Source of the DNA: Candidatus Rifleibacteriota bacterium
GTDB taxonomy: Bacteria > Muiribacteriota > Ozemobacteria > Ozemobacterales > Ozemobacteraceae
NCBI GenBank assembly: GCA_015232575.1
Contig: JADFZL010000018.1
Location: forward strand, 66,264-130,263
Direction: 5' to 3'
Length of the DNA stretch: 64,000 bases
The notes under the pieces were generated by a model. The model saw nothing but the letters and a program-made list of their open reading frames with translations, had not been told where the DNA came from and did not search any database. Both the position numbers and the translations under genes were made by a program. Shown in pieces: positions 8,960-17,886 of this stretch (positions are counted from its first letter, which is position 1; each line of letters starts with the position of its first letter).

Positions 8960-9934
8960 TCATTTCCTTTTAAAAAAGGCTCTGATGGTGAATTTTCCGC
9001 TGGGTTCTCTTAATCTTTCGATTTTTTCCAGATCGAATGAATGTTTGTTGGCAAGTAACGCGACTGAAGCCATTGAAAAAACGTGAAAGTGATCTATAAA
9101 AAACTCCTGTCGTGAATAACCGCATTTTGAGGCCATTTCACCATCAGGTACCTCAATATAGAGCCACCCTCCACGAACATCCAGCAAATCAGACGTTTTA
9201 TCCAGAAAACCCACCGGGTCTATAACATGCTCAATAACTTTGTTGAAAGTAATCAAATCAAAAGAATTGTTTAATTTCAATTCCTCAAATTTCCCTTGAA
9301 CCGACTTAATCTGCAATTTTTCAGTCAAATGCCTGCAAGCAATTCCATCCGGATCGCTTGCAGTAACATTCCAGCCTGACTCTTTCATCAGAAATGGAAA
9401 TACACCTGTTCCTGAGCCCACATCAAGCACAGACATTTTTTCATCACTAACATTTTTTTCATAGGAATTACTGTACTCGCTTATTATTCTGCGTACTCCA
9501 TCTTCTACATTTATACAACAATCCATGTCTGCGCTTTTCCCGCTGCGATTTCCGAATTCATTTAAACCCCTGAACTCCCGAAAAAATGAATTAATAAATT
9601 TTACTCTTCCTCTGTTATCAGAAGAATCTTCCGAAAGGTTCATCACCTTTGAAAATCGCTCCGAAATCCCATCAAGATCGCCATATACCGACTTCAAATA
9701 CTCGCCGGAATATAAATTCTGATTAACAAAATCATGCTCAGCAAAAAAATGCGAGCATGTTGTACACTTTTTAATTCTTCGATAATAAGGCTTGCCATCA
9801 AGATATGAATACCTTGTTTCACCAGCAGGCGGCGCAGAGAATTCGTGAACAATTTTAAAAAGACTACTATTGCAAAATATGCACTTTTTATAATTTATCA
9901 TATTCACTTCATCATGTTCATTCTTGCGAACCAA
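8960..9934 (-). CDS. Class I SAM-dependent methyltransferase with N-terminal Zn-ribbon
   Basis: CIFC...CTTC, VLDVGSGTG, FDLITFNKVIEH, YIEVPD. The true start may be the ATG of MINYKKC. Confidence 0.85.
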   Translation of the reverse strand: MVRKNEHDEVNMINYKKCIFCNSSLFKIVHEFSAPPAGETRYSYLDGKPYYRRIKKCTTCSHFFAEHDFVNQNLYSGEYLKSVYGDLDGISERFSKVMNLSEDSSDNRGRVKFINSFFREFRGLNEFGNRSGKSADMDCCINVEDGVRRIISEYSNSYEKNVSDEKMSVLDVGSGTGVFPFLMKESGWNVTASDPDGIACRHLTEKLQIKSVQGKFEELKLNNSFDLITFNKVIEHVIDPVGFLDKTSDLLDVRGGWLYIEVPDGEMASKCGYSRQEFFIDHFHVFSMASVALLANKHSFDLEKIERLREPSGKFTIRAFFKRK

Positions 9935-11843
9935 ATTCGTTTTCTAAGTCTTTTTTTGCATCTTCAAGAAGTTTATAAGAAACTTTACACACATCGCCCA
10001 CTCTGGGAAACCATTGTTTCATAATTCTGATGGCCTGGAGTTTACATCTTTTGTCATCATCACTAATCGATAAAAGCTGATTCAATTCCATTTCGAAGTG
10101 AACAATAATCATTTGTATTATATGCATCAAGTAAAGATTGAAATGTCTTCCATACATAATTATATCACCACGACTTTTAGTTAGATCATAATAGACATTG
10201 TCAAGCCTTTCCTTGGGAAATCTTGCAAGGAAATCATCTATTTCGGTATAACCTCCATTTGCAAGTTCCAACTCAAAATCATTAACTTTCTTCTCACCTT
10301 TTTCACAAAATTCAATAACCTCTCTTACATCCTTTTCAGTCTCACGAATTATACTATGGAAATTCTTCCAAAGATTTTTGATTTCAGCTTCATTTGGCAC
10401 TATCAATTTTTTATTGAATATTTTAAGGACATCAAAACTTTTGGTACAATATTTCTCAATTGCCTCGCGAAGCGGCATTATTACCGTTCCTTCAATAAAA
10501 GCTCCACCTTCGGTTGAATTGATGCATATTCCTCTGAATTTAGCCACATCATTGACAAAATCTTTTCTAGTCATGTTGAAATTTGAGTTTGTCATGACAA
10601 AATCTTCAATATTTCCCTTTATTGGAAAAAGGTCTTCTTTTTTCAAATTAGGTTTAGCAAGTGATGAAGATCCTAATGCATGTGTTTGATCAATACTTTT
10701 AAAAGAACAATCCTGCCCAACAAGAATTATTGGATCGCAACCAAATGCTTCAAGAATTTTAAAAGTCATATTTGAGCAAGTCTGCCCTGTCTTTAAAGTG
10801 CCTTTTTCTATTTGAATCCAGTTAAAATGAGCAAAAGAGCGATAGGTTACAACATGTTTTCCTTTCCATGAAGCGTAGGTGTAAGGGTTAATGACTGGAG
10901 TAGCAAAATAATAAACATCTTTCATTGATTCATCGGGAAGACTGGTGAATAAATCACCGAGATTTGGTGTACGCTCAAGACTTGAAACACCATGAGGTTT
11001 AATTCCATGATTATATAAAACCTGAAATGCCGAATCAGCAGAGATTATAACTGCCTTTCCAAAAGCGTTTTTTAATTCCTCAATATTCTTGTCTAATGAA
11101 GGACCTGTCGACACAATAATTCCTGGCAATCCTTTGAAAGCTCCAAACAAATCTTTCACTCCAGGATTTTTCATTATCAGCCCAAGGTTCTTCATTATAT
11201 TTTCAACACCAATCATTGAGTCTTTCGGACAATTTCCATAATTATAAATTGTCTTTTCAGCAGCTTCACGAAATTTTCTAAGCATATTCTTGTTGTATTC
11301 ACCATGAATTTTTGTCAAAGCCGGGTGATCAAAAACAACTAGCGTTTTCAAAAACAATTGAAAAACAATACCAGCTTTTCCAATCAAATCCAGGAAAACC
11401 GGATAGCCTTCCTCTTCGGGAATACCTACTCCCCAACGTATTTTAGGGGATAGGAACAAATCCTTCAGATCAACATTTCTAACTGCATTAATAAGCGCTT
11501 GAGAATCTTTTTCGATAACAATAATATAAAGGTTAGTCTCTTTTAATTCATTCAATGCAGCCCTAATATGATAACCAAGGCCTATACCAAAAATTATTAA
11601 AAGTTTCGGATTTCTGAAATTCATTCCTGATATTTGTTGAGCAGCTTCCTTCTCAGGGTCATACCTGCTGTGAATCTGAATATTTTTCCCCGAATAAGAT
11701 ATAGAAAGTGTGCAAGAACCATTTTTTGCAGTTTCATTTACATATTGATAATCGCTGGGTTCATTCAACTCAATCAATGTTGCAAAAAGTGGATGATGCT
11801 TTCTTAATATTTTCATGTTGGCAGCATAAATATCTTTTTTCAT
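9918..11843 (-). CDS. maf: Motility-associated factor (Maf, DUF115/MAF_flag10) flagellin glycosyltransferase
   Basis: IHSRYDPEKEA, GIGLGYH, IIVSTGPSLDKN, PIILVGQDCSF, NSTEGGAFIEG; divergent from the flagellins. Start placed at the ATG at 11843 (the ORF track extends to 11894). Confidence 0.85.
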   Translation of the reverse strand: MKKDIYAANMKILRKHHPLFATLIELNEPSDYQYVNETAKNGSCTLSISYSGKNIQIHSRYDPEKEAAQQISGMNFRNPKLLIIFGIGLGYHIRAALNELKETNLYIIVIEKDSQALINAVRNVDLKDLFLSPKIRWGVGIPEEEGYPVFLDLIGKAGIVFQLFLKTLVVFDHPALTKIHGEYNKNMLRKFREAAEKTIYNYGNCPKDSMIGVENIMKNLGLIMKNPGVKDLFGAFKGLPGIIVSTGPSLDKNIEELKNAFGKAVIISADSAFQVLYNHGIKPHGVSSLERTPNLGDLFTSLPDESMKDVYYFATPVINPYTYASWKGKHVVTYRSFAHFNWIQIEKGTLKTGQTCSNMTFKILEAFGCDPIILVGQDCSFKSIDQTHALGSSSLAKPNLKKEDLFPIKGNIEDFVMTNSNFNMTRKDFVNDVAKFRGICINSTEGGAFIEGTVIMPLREAIEKYCTKSFDVLKIFNKKLIVPNEAEIKNLWKNFHSIIRETEKDVREVIEFCEKGEKKVNDFELELANGGYTEIDDFLARFPKERLDNVYYDLTKSRGDIIMYGRHFNLYLMHIIQMIIVHFEMELNQLLSISDDDKRCKLQAIRIMKQWFPRVGDVCKVSYKLLEDAKKDLENEFGSQE

Positions 11844-12085
11844 AATTTCCCTGTAATCGAATATTTCACAAAATTGCTTTTCAAGCAAAAACACTTGATG
11901 AAAATAATACGATATTTCAAATTAAACAACAATAGTTAATTTAAATAGAAAGCAACTAGAAACATAATTAGCTGAATTTTCACGAAAAGAAGTTAAAACA
12001 TGGACCATGGATGCATTTTTATTTTATAACTAAATGCATTCGTCGAATATCAAAATATTCCGCGAAAACATATTTCATTCATTGT

Positions 12086-12190
12086 GACGATAAGTTATGT
12101 AAGCCGAAAATAGGATTCATGAGGAAGCCTATCAAAGCTTTTTTTCCCGTCAGCAAGGAAGCTGAAAAAAATTGATTCAAGGAGGAATCA
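12086..12190 (+). promoter_or_regulatory. Flagellin 1 leader: sigma28-like -10 box and CsrA-type GGA hairpins
   Basis: GACGATAA at 12086-12093; CAGC-AAGGAA-GCTG hairpin at 12151-12164; TGATTC-AAGGAG-GAATCA hairpin containing the SD at 12173-12190. Confidence 0.65.
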
Positions 12191-12191
12191 T

Positions 12192-14447
12192 ATGCGTATT
12201 AACCAAAATGTTCTCTCTATACAGACGCACTCAACCCTTCAGCAAACCAACACAAGGCTTGAGAAGTCTATTGAGAAACTGAGTTCGGGCTTACGTATCA
12301 ACCGCGCCGCTGATGACGCTGCTGGTCTGGCAATCAGCGAGAAATTGCGCAGACAGATCAAGGGCTTAACCAGAGCCATATCGAATTCTCAGGACGGGAT
12401 TTCGATGATCCAAACCGCCGAGGGTGCACTTGGCGAATCCCACTCTATTCTTCAGCGAATGCGCGAACTTGCTATTCAGGCAGCAAACGACACCCTTACC
12501 ACAAACGACCGACTTGAAATTCAAAAAGAAGTCAATCAGTTAAAAGACGACATCAACAGAATTTCAAGAAACACGGAATTCAACACAAAAAAGCTGCTTG
12601 ACGGCACTCAGACAGCTATTATCAGTGGAAGTAGCAATGCAGCTAAGGGAATAGTCACCGGCGACATTGGAGGTGTTTCAGGAAATTATGACGTAAGCAT
12701 AACCCTGGAACAGGGTGGAACCAGCCAGCTACAACAATCTCAGGTGTTCACTAAGTATCAAAGTGGTTCAACTTCTAACATCGCCAAAGGAAGTGACCAG
12801 TTAAAGGACATTGCGCAGTTTTATGACGCGAATGGAGTGTTTGTACTGACTAATCCGGCAACATTAACAGTTCAGGGTAACGGAGGTTCAACATCGTTTG
12901 TAATTGATGGACACACAACCCTTGACCAGTTGGCGGCAAATATGCAGGGAGCAATTTCTGGTGCTTCGGGTCTTCAGATGGGCACAGCATCAGCAAAGTA
13001 TGTTCCAACTACAACTTCGAATCCCACTGTGGGTGGTTATCTGCAGATTGATTCAGGACTTGTGGGAAGCGAAGGAAAGGTAAACTTTCTCGCAGACCAG
13101 CCAATAATTAACGCATTGAATTTGTCAACAGTCAGAGAAGCGGCTAATAATGTGTATTCTGTTCAGATAAAGAATGCCAGCGGATACGGTCAGAAAGTGT
13201 ATTCAGACACGAATCGAGTGTCAGGTCTTCTGAATGGCGTAGACGTAGCATTTGAATCCCAGGCCGCACAAGTTGCTGGATTAGGAGGCGTAGTTGACGG
13301 ATTGCATTTCACTTCGACTACTCACATTACAATTTCTGTGGCAGGTCAAGCCATAAATATTACTATTAATGCTGACACAGACTGGACAATGGAAGGTCTG
13401 GAAAGATATTTTAATAGAAGAATAGCTACGGCTGGTGTCAGCGGTGTATCAGCTGCAATCGTAGATGGTGAGTTAAGAATGATGTTTACACCTCCTTCAA
13501 ACTACACAGGAAACACAACACTTAGAGTTGTGAATGATACCAATGGTGGAGAAAACACTCTTGGTCTTGAAGATGGTGTTTACACAGGATTTGTTCAATC
13601 CAGTAAACTTGAGAGCGCAATTGCCAAAATGGTATCAAAATACTATGATGGTGCTGACGCCACAAGCGTTGTTATTACTATATCTTCTGGAGACGCTGAC
13701 GAAGAGATTACTGTTTTTGCTACAGTAAGCAGTTTATCTTCGGCTGATGGTGTTCAATTCTCTGCACTTCAGGTGGACGTAAACACTCAACTAAAATCTG
13801 GTGGAGTGTCAGCAAGGTTGGATGTTGTTCAAAGCACTCTTGTTTTCAGTTCAACGAGAGTTGGTAATGTTAATTCATCCACAATATCCTCAAGCAAACT
13901 GACAATGGTCGCTGGTTCTGCTGGCGCTTCGCTCGCCCAGGCAAGTGCAGCAGTCTCCTTCCTACAAGACTGGGGTTTCAGTTCTATTCAAAACCTTGAT
14001 CCGATAGTCAGTAAGGGCAAAGGTGATTCCAACTTCAGATTAAACATTGTAAACTCGAATTCTCAACTTCAGATAGGCGCAGACCAGGGGCAAACTATGA
14101 AGTTTGGAATGGTAGACATGGGTGCTGAAGCGCTTGGAGTTGACAATCTCAACATGACTTCTATTAATGGTGCAAATGAAGCTCTGAGCAAAATAAACCT
14201 TGCGATAGACAAAGTTTCAGCAGAAAGATCAAAATTAGGTGCATTTCAAAACAGGTTAGAATATGCAATCAATAACCTTAGGACAATGCATAGTAATGCC
14301 TCGTCTGCCGAATCAAGAATTAGAGATGCAGATATTGCACAAGAAATGATTGAGTTCACTCGAAACCAGATTGTTGCACAATCCGGAACGGCTATGCTCG
14401 CTCAGGCGAATACAGTTCCACAGTCAGTAATGCAACTTCTTAGATGA
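12192..14447 (+). CDS. fliC: Flagellin (751 aa, large variable domain)
   Basis: MRINQN..., LSSGLRINRAADDAAGLAISEK, LQRMRELAIQ, NTEFNTKKLLDG, RSKLGAFQNRLE, SRIRDADIAQEM, AMLAQAN. Confidence 0.97.
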   Translation: MRINQNVLSIQTHSTLQQTNTRLEKSIEKLSSGLRINRAADDAAGLAISEKLRRQIKGLTRAISNSQDGISMIQTAEGALGESHSILQRMRELAIQAANDTLTTNDRLEIQKEVNQLKDDINRISRNTEFNTKKLLDGTQTAIISGSSNAAKGIVTGDIGGVSGNYDVSITLEQGGTSQLQQSQVFTKYQSGSTSNIAKGSDQLKDIAQFYDANGVFVLTNPATLTVQGNGGSTSFVIDGHTTLDQLAANMQGAISGASGLQMGTASAKYVPTTTSNPTVGGYLQIDSGLVGSEGKVNFLADQPIINALNLSTVREAANNVYSVQIKNASGYGQKVYSDTNRVSGLLNGVDVAFESQAAQVAGLGGVVDGLHFTSTTHITISVAGQAINITINADTDWTMEGLERYFNRRIATAGVSGVSAAIVDGELRMMFTPPSNYTGNTTLRVVNDTNGGENTLGLEDGVYTGFVQSSKLESAIAKMVSKYYDGADATSVVITISSGDADEEITVFATVSSLSSADGVQFSALQVDVNTQLKSGGVSARLDVVQSTLVFSSTRVGNVNSSTISSSKLTMVAGSAGASLAQASAAVSFLQDWGFSSIQNLDPIVSKGKGDSNFRLNIVNSNSQLQIGADQGQTMKFGMVDMGAEALGVDNLNMTSINGANEALSKINLAIDKVSAERSKLGAFQNRLEYAINNLRTMHSNASSAESRIRDADIAQEMIEFTRNQIVAQSGTAMLAQANTVPQSVMQLLR

Positions 14448-14473
14448 TGTAAGATCTTAAAGGTTCGGTTTTT

Positions 14474-14507
14474 CATCTCAACCAGAACTACAGTTCTGGT
14501 TGAGATG
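14474..14507. terminator. Long perfect inverted repeat downstream of flagellin 1 (terminator or mRNA-stabilising hairpin)
   Basis: CATCTCAACCAGAACT-AC-AGTTCTGGTTGAGATG has 16-bp perfect arms but no strong U-tract. Confidence 0.6.
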
Positions 14508-14737
14508 GTATCAGTTTATAACTTTGGCTTTTGTTAAGGCTCCAATAAAGACAAGGATGTCATTTTGAGGAACTTTTCAAAACCAAGGGGTATGTTGCGA
14601 GAGCGTTGTGACTTTCTTAATGTTTGAAAAAGAATAAAAATTATTAAGCATAAAGAAATATGGTCATAACGCATAGAAAAATCAAGAAAATACGAAAATG
14701 TTACCAATAAATGCAGATTAACCACAAATTTCACCCA

Positions 14738-14832
14738 TATAATTTTGAGCAATTATGACGATAATATAAATGTGTGATAAACGGATTTATCCACAAGCAA
14801 GGAAGCGAAGTAAATGATTCAAGGAGGAATCA
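14738..14832 (+). promoter_or_regulatory. Flagellin 2 leader: sigma28-like promoter and CsrA-type GGA hairpins
   Basis: TATA-N15-GACGATAA (14738-14764); hairpin GATAA-ACGGAT-TTATC (14776-14791); GCAAGGAAGC (14797-14806); TGATTC-AAGGAG-GAATCA (14815-14832), identical to the flagellin 1 SD hairpin. Confidence 0.7.
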
Positions 14833-14835
14833 ATT

Positions 14836-17091
14836 ATGCGTATTAATCAAAATGTTCTTTCAATTCAGACACATTCAACGTTGGCCCGGACAAACGCAAG
14901 ACTTGAAAAGTCTATCGAAAAATTAAGCTCTGGGTTAAGAATCAACCGTGCTGCTGATGATGCTGCAGGTCTTGCAATAAGTGAAAAGTTGCGAAGACAG
15001 ATAAGGGGCTTGTCGAGAGCCATTTCAAACTCTCAGGACGGCATATCAATGATTCAGACTGCAGAAGGTGCAATGGGCGAAACTCATTCCATACTTCAAA
15101 GAATGAGAGAGCTGGCTATACAAGCAGCTAATGACACACTGACTTCAAATGATCGTATGGAGATACAGAAAGAAGTCAATCAGCTTAAAGACGATATTAA
15201 CAGAATATCCAGAAATACTGAATTCAATACAAAGAAACTTCTAGATGGCTCGCAAACGGCTCTGATAAGCGGTTCTAGCAATTTTACCAAAGGCATAGTA
15301 ACTGGTGATCTGGCTGATGCAAGAGGAGATTATGATGTAAGTATTGTTCTTGAACAGGGCGGCGTTAGTCAGATGCAGCGCACACAAACTTTCACCATTC
15401 TCCCCTCAGAAGGCGATCCCACAACTCTTGCAAAAGGAAGCGACCAACTTAGCGATATTGCACAATTTTATGATGCCAATGGTACCTTTGTTCTTCAAAG
15501 TCCTCAAACCATTTTGCTGCAGGGCAATGGAAAAAATACATCTTTTGTAATTGACGGTCACACAACTCTTGATCAGTTGTCGGCCTCTCTACAAAATGCA
15601 CTTTCAACATCTTCAGGTCTTGATATTGCCGGTTCCAAAGCTTCTTATATAGGATCAAACCTTTCTGGAACCTCCAATGGAGGAGGATATATCGAAATGG
15701 CATCCGGCACTACCGGTGAAGATGGCGACGTAGCCATACTTGCTGATCAGCCGCTACTCAACGCCCTTGGCTTAAGCACCGTAAGAGAAAGTGCAAATAA
15801 TCAATACAAACTTCAAATAGCAAATGCAGGCGGATATGGTGCGATTACAAGAACTGACACAAATCGTGCTGTAGGCCTTCTTGAAGGCATTGATGTTACC
15901 TTCCAGTCTGAAGCGGCTCAGATTGCTGGTTATGGAGGAGTTGTAGATGGACTTTATTTCTCTGCTGCTGAAGAGCTGTATATTTCCGTTGCGGGTACAA
16001 CAATACCTATAAGCATAAGAGCGACAGTAAGTGGTGGTTGGACAATGGAAGGGTTAGCACGATTTATTAACAACAGAATTTCTGTTGCAGCAGTCAGTGG
16101 TGCCTCTGCTGCTGTTATAGACAACCAGATACGTTTCATGTTTAACCCACCATCTAATTACACTGGCAGCTCGAAAATAGTTACCCATACCAGCGGCAAT
16201 AATACTCTTGGAATAAATAATGGAACTTATTCTGGATATGTACAAAGCAACAAAAACGAAGCTAAGTCTATGAAGCTTGTTTCAATGTATTATTCAGCAC
16301 TTGCATCCCAAACAGTTGCAATAACACTATCGGCTGGAGATGCAGCTGAGGTTGTTACCTTATTCGAAACAATCAGTACAGCTACACTTGCAGATGGTAT
16401 AATGTTTAATATTATGCAAACAAACATTAATTATCAATTAAAGTCTGCTGCCGTTGCGGCTAGAGTAGATATTGTAGATTATACTATGGTTTTCAGTTCA
16501 ACAAGAGTAGGAAGGGTAAATGACGCAACAGTAAAATCAAGCACATTAACACTTTTCGCTCATGATGGTATAACGTCAGCAACTTCTACTCCAGCAGCCT
16601 CGTTCCTTAAGAGCTGGGGATTCACAAACATTTCCGGAATTACACCAATGGTTGATAAAGGTAAAGGCGACAGTACTTTCCGGTTGCATGTGGTAAACAA
16701 TGATCCACAGTTCCAGATTGGTGCCGATCAGGGGCAGTTTATGAAAATCGGAATAGCAGACATGAGCGCAGAATCACTTGGCGTTGATAACCTTAATATG
16801 ACAACAATTGCAGGCGCAAATTCATCATTATCAAAGCTAAATAATGCTATAGACAAGGTGTCTTCTGAAAGATCAAAACTTGGTGCATTCCAGAACAGAC
16901 TTGAATACGCAATAAGTAATCTTAGAAATACACACAGCAATCTCACTGCCTCGGAATCAAGAATCAGGGATGCTGACATTGCTCAGGAAATGATAGAATT
17001 CACTCGGAATCAAATTGTTGCACAATCAGGAACAGCAATGCTGGCTCAGGCAAATACAGTACCACAGTCAGTCCTGCAGTTATTAAAATAG
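14836..17091 (+). CDS. fliC: Flagellin paralog (751 aa)
   Basis: Same conserved N- and C-terminal flagellin motifs as 12192..14447, with a diverged but homologous central region. Confidence 0.97.
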   Translation: MRINQNVLSIQTHSTLARTNARLEKSIEKLSSGLRINRAADDAAGLAISEKLRRQIRGLSRAISNSQDGISMIQTAEGAMGETHSILQRMRELAIQAANDTLTSNDRMEIQKEVNQLKDDINRISRNTEFNTKKLLDGSQTALISGSSNFTKGIVTGDLADARGDYDVSIVLEQGGVSQMQRTQTFTILPSEGDPTTLAKGSDQLSDIAQFYDANGTFVLQSPQTILLQGNGKNTSFVIDGHTTLDQLSASLQNALSTSSGLDIAGSKASYIGSNLSGTSNGGGYIEMASGTTGEDGDVAILADQPLLNALGLSTVRESANNQYKLQIANAGGYGAITRTDTNRAVGLLEGIDVTFQSEAAQIAGYGGVVDGLYFSAAEELYISVAGTTIPISIRATVSGGWTMEGLARFINNRISVAAVSGASAAVIDNQIRFMFNPPSNYTGSSKIVTHTSGNNTLGINNGTYSGYVQSNKNEAKSMKLVSMYYSALASQTVAITLSAGDAAEVVTLFETISTATLADGIMFNIMQTNINYQLKSAAVAARVDIVDYTMVFSSTRVGRVNDATVKSSTLTLFAHDGITSATSTPAASFLKSWGFTNISGITPMVDKGKGDSTFRLHVVNNDPQFQIGADQGQFMKIGIADMSAESLGVDNLNMTTIAGANSSLSKLNNAIDKVSSERSKLGAFQNRLEYAISNLRNTHSNLTASESRIRDADIAQEMIEFTRNQIVAQSGTAMLAQANTVPQSVLQLLK

Positions 17092-17115
17092 TAGTTAAGC
17101 TCAGCATTATTATAG

Positions 17116-17146
17116 GCTGGAATTTAAATAAATATTAAATTCCAGC
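17116..17146 (+). terminator. Hairpin downstream of flagellin 2
   Basis: GCTGGAATTTAA-N7-TTAAATTCCAGC, 12-bp arms. Confidence 0.55.
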
Positions 17147-17251
17147 ACAAATTTGATATATTGTGTTAGAATTATTAACAGGGGAGATATTGTTACTTTT
17201 CTAATAGGATCCTGTGGCCTGCGGATCTCAAGAGACTAAGGAGTAAATATT

Positions 17252-17638
17252 ATGGAAATCAATCGATTAAGTCCGGTTCCTTCTTCAGGACAGCAAATTC
17301 AAGCTGAACCGCCAGTAACAGTGCCTGTTGAGAATGCTGGAAATGCAGCCGAAACGGCACCTCAAATTCAGCAAACTCAACAGAATGAGAAGGAAAAGCA
17401 AGAGCAAAAAACTTCTATTGAGGAACTAAATCAAGCACTTGATACAGCAAATAAAACTGCTAACGCTTTTGATCGATCTCTTCGGTTTAAACTTCACGAA
17501 AAAACAAAAGAATATATGATAAGTGTTGTTGACACGAAAACTGATAAGGTTATCAGAGAAATTCCACCAAAAGAGTTTCTGGATATGTTAGCAAAAATGA
17601 GAGATTATATCGGGATGATTTTTGATAAAAAAGCTTGA
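17252..17638 (+). CDS. flaG: Flagellar protein FlaG
   Basis: RSLRFKLHE...VVDTKTDKVIREIPPKEFL...GMIFDKKA is the FlaG C-terminal signature; lies downstream of the flagellins. Confidence 0.93.
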   Translation: MEINRLSPVPSSGQQIQAEPPVTVPVENAGNAAETAPQIQQTQQNEKEKQEQKTSIEELNQALDTANKTANAFDRSLRFKLHEKTKEYMISVVDTKTDKVIREIPPKEFLDMLAKMRDYIGMIFDKKA

Positions 17639-17713
17639 CATGATCTGCGTTTATTTTCTATAAGGGAATAAGATTTTTATAAAAGTGAAACCCCCAACTC
17701 TCTTATGATAGAT

Positions 17714-17823
17714 TTTTCAAGAACTGCAACCGTATCGAAATTATATAAGCAAGTGTCTAAGCAATGTGGGTAAATTAATTTTTTTGAAAATTATGCTTGG
17801 ACGCGGTTGATTTTTCTTGAAAA
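17714..17823 (+). other. Putative structured RNA (5' leader or sRNA) upstream of the giant repeat gene
   Basis: Nested complementarity: TTTTCAAGAA/TTCTTGAAAA, CAACC/GGTTG, and GTGTCTAAGCA/TGCTTGGACGC (two G-U pairs). Confidence 0.4.
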
Positions 17824-17886
17824 GTGGAGTGGTTTTGCATATATTTTACTTGTACGGTGTTAAATTTGTTCTAAAAGGGGGCAGCT

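Noticed and set aside
17825-17839. Possible sigma54 promoter TGGAGTGGTTTTGCA upstream of the giant gene
   Set aside because: The GG-to-GC spacing is 9 nt rather than the required 10.
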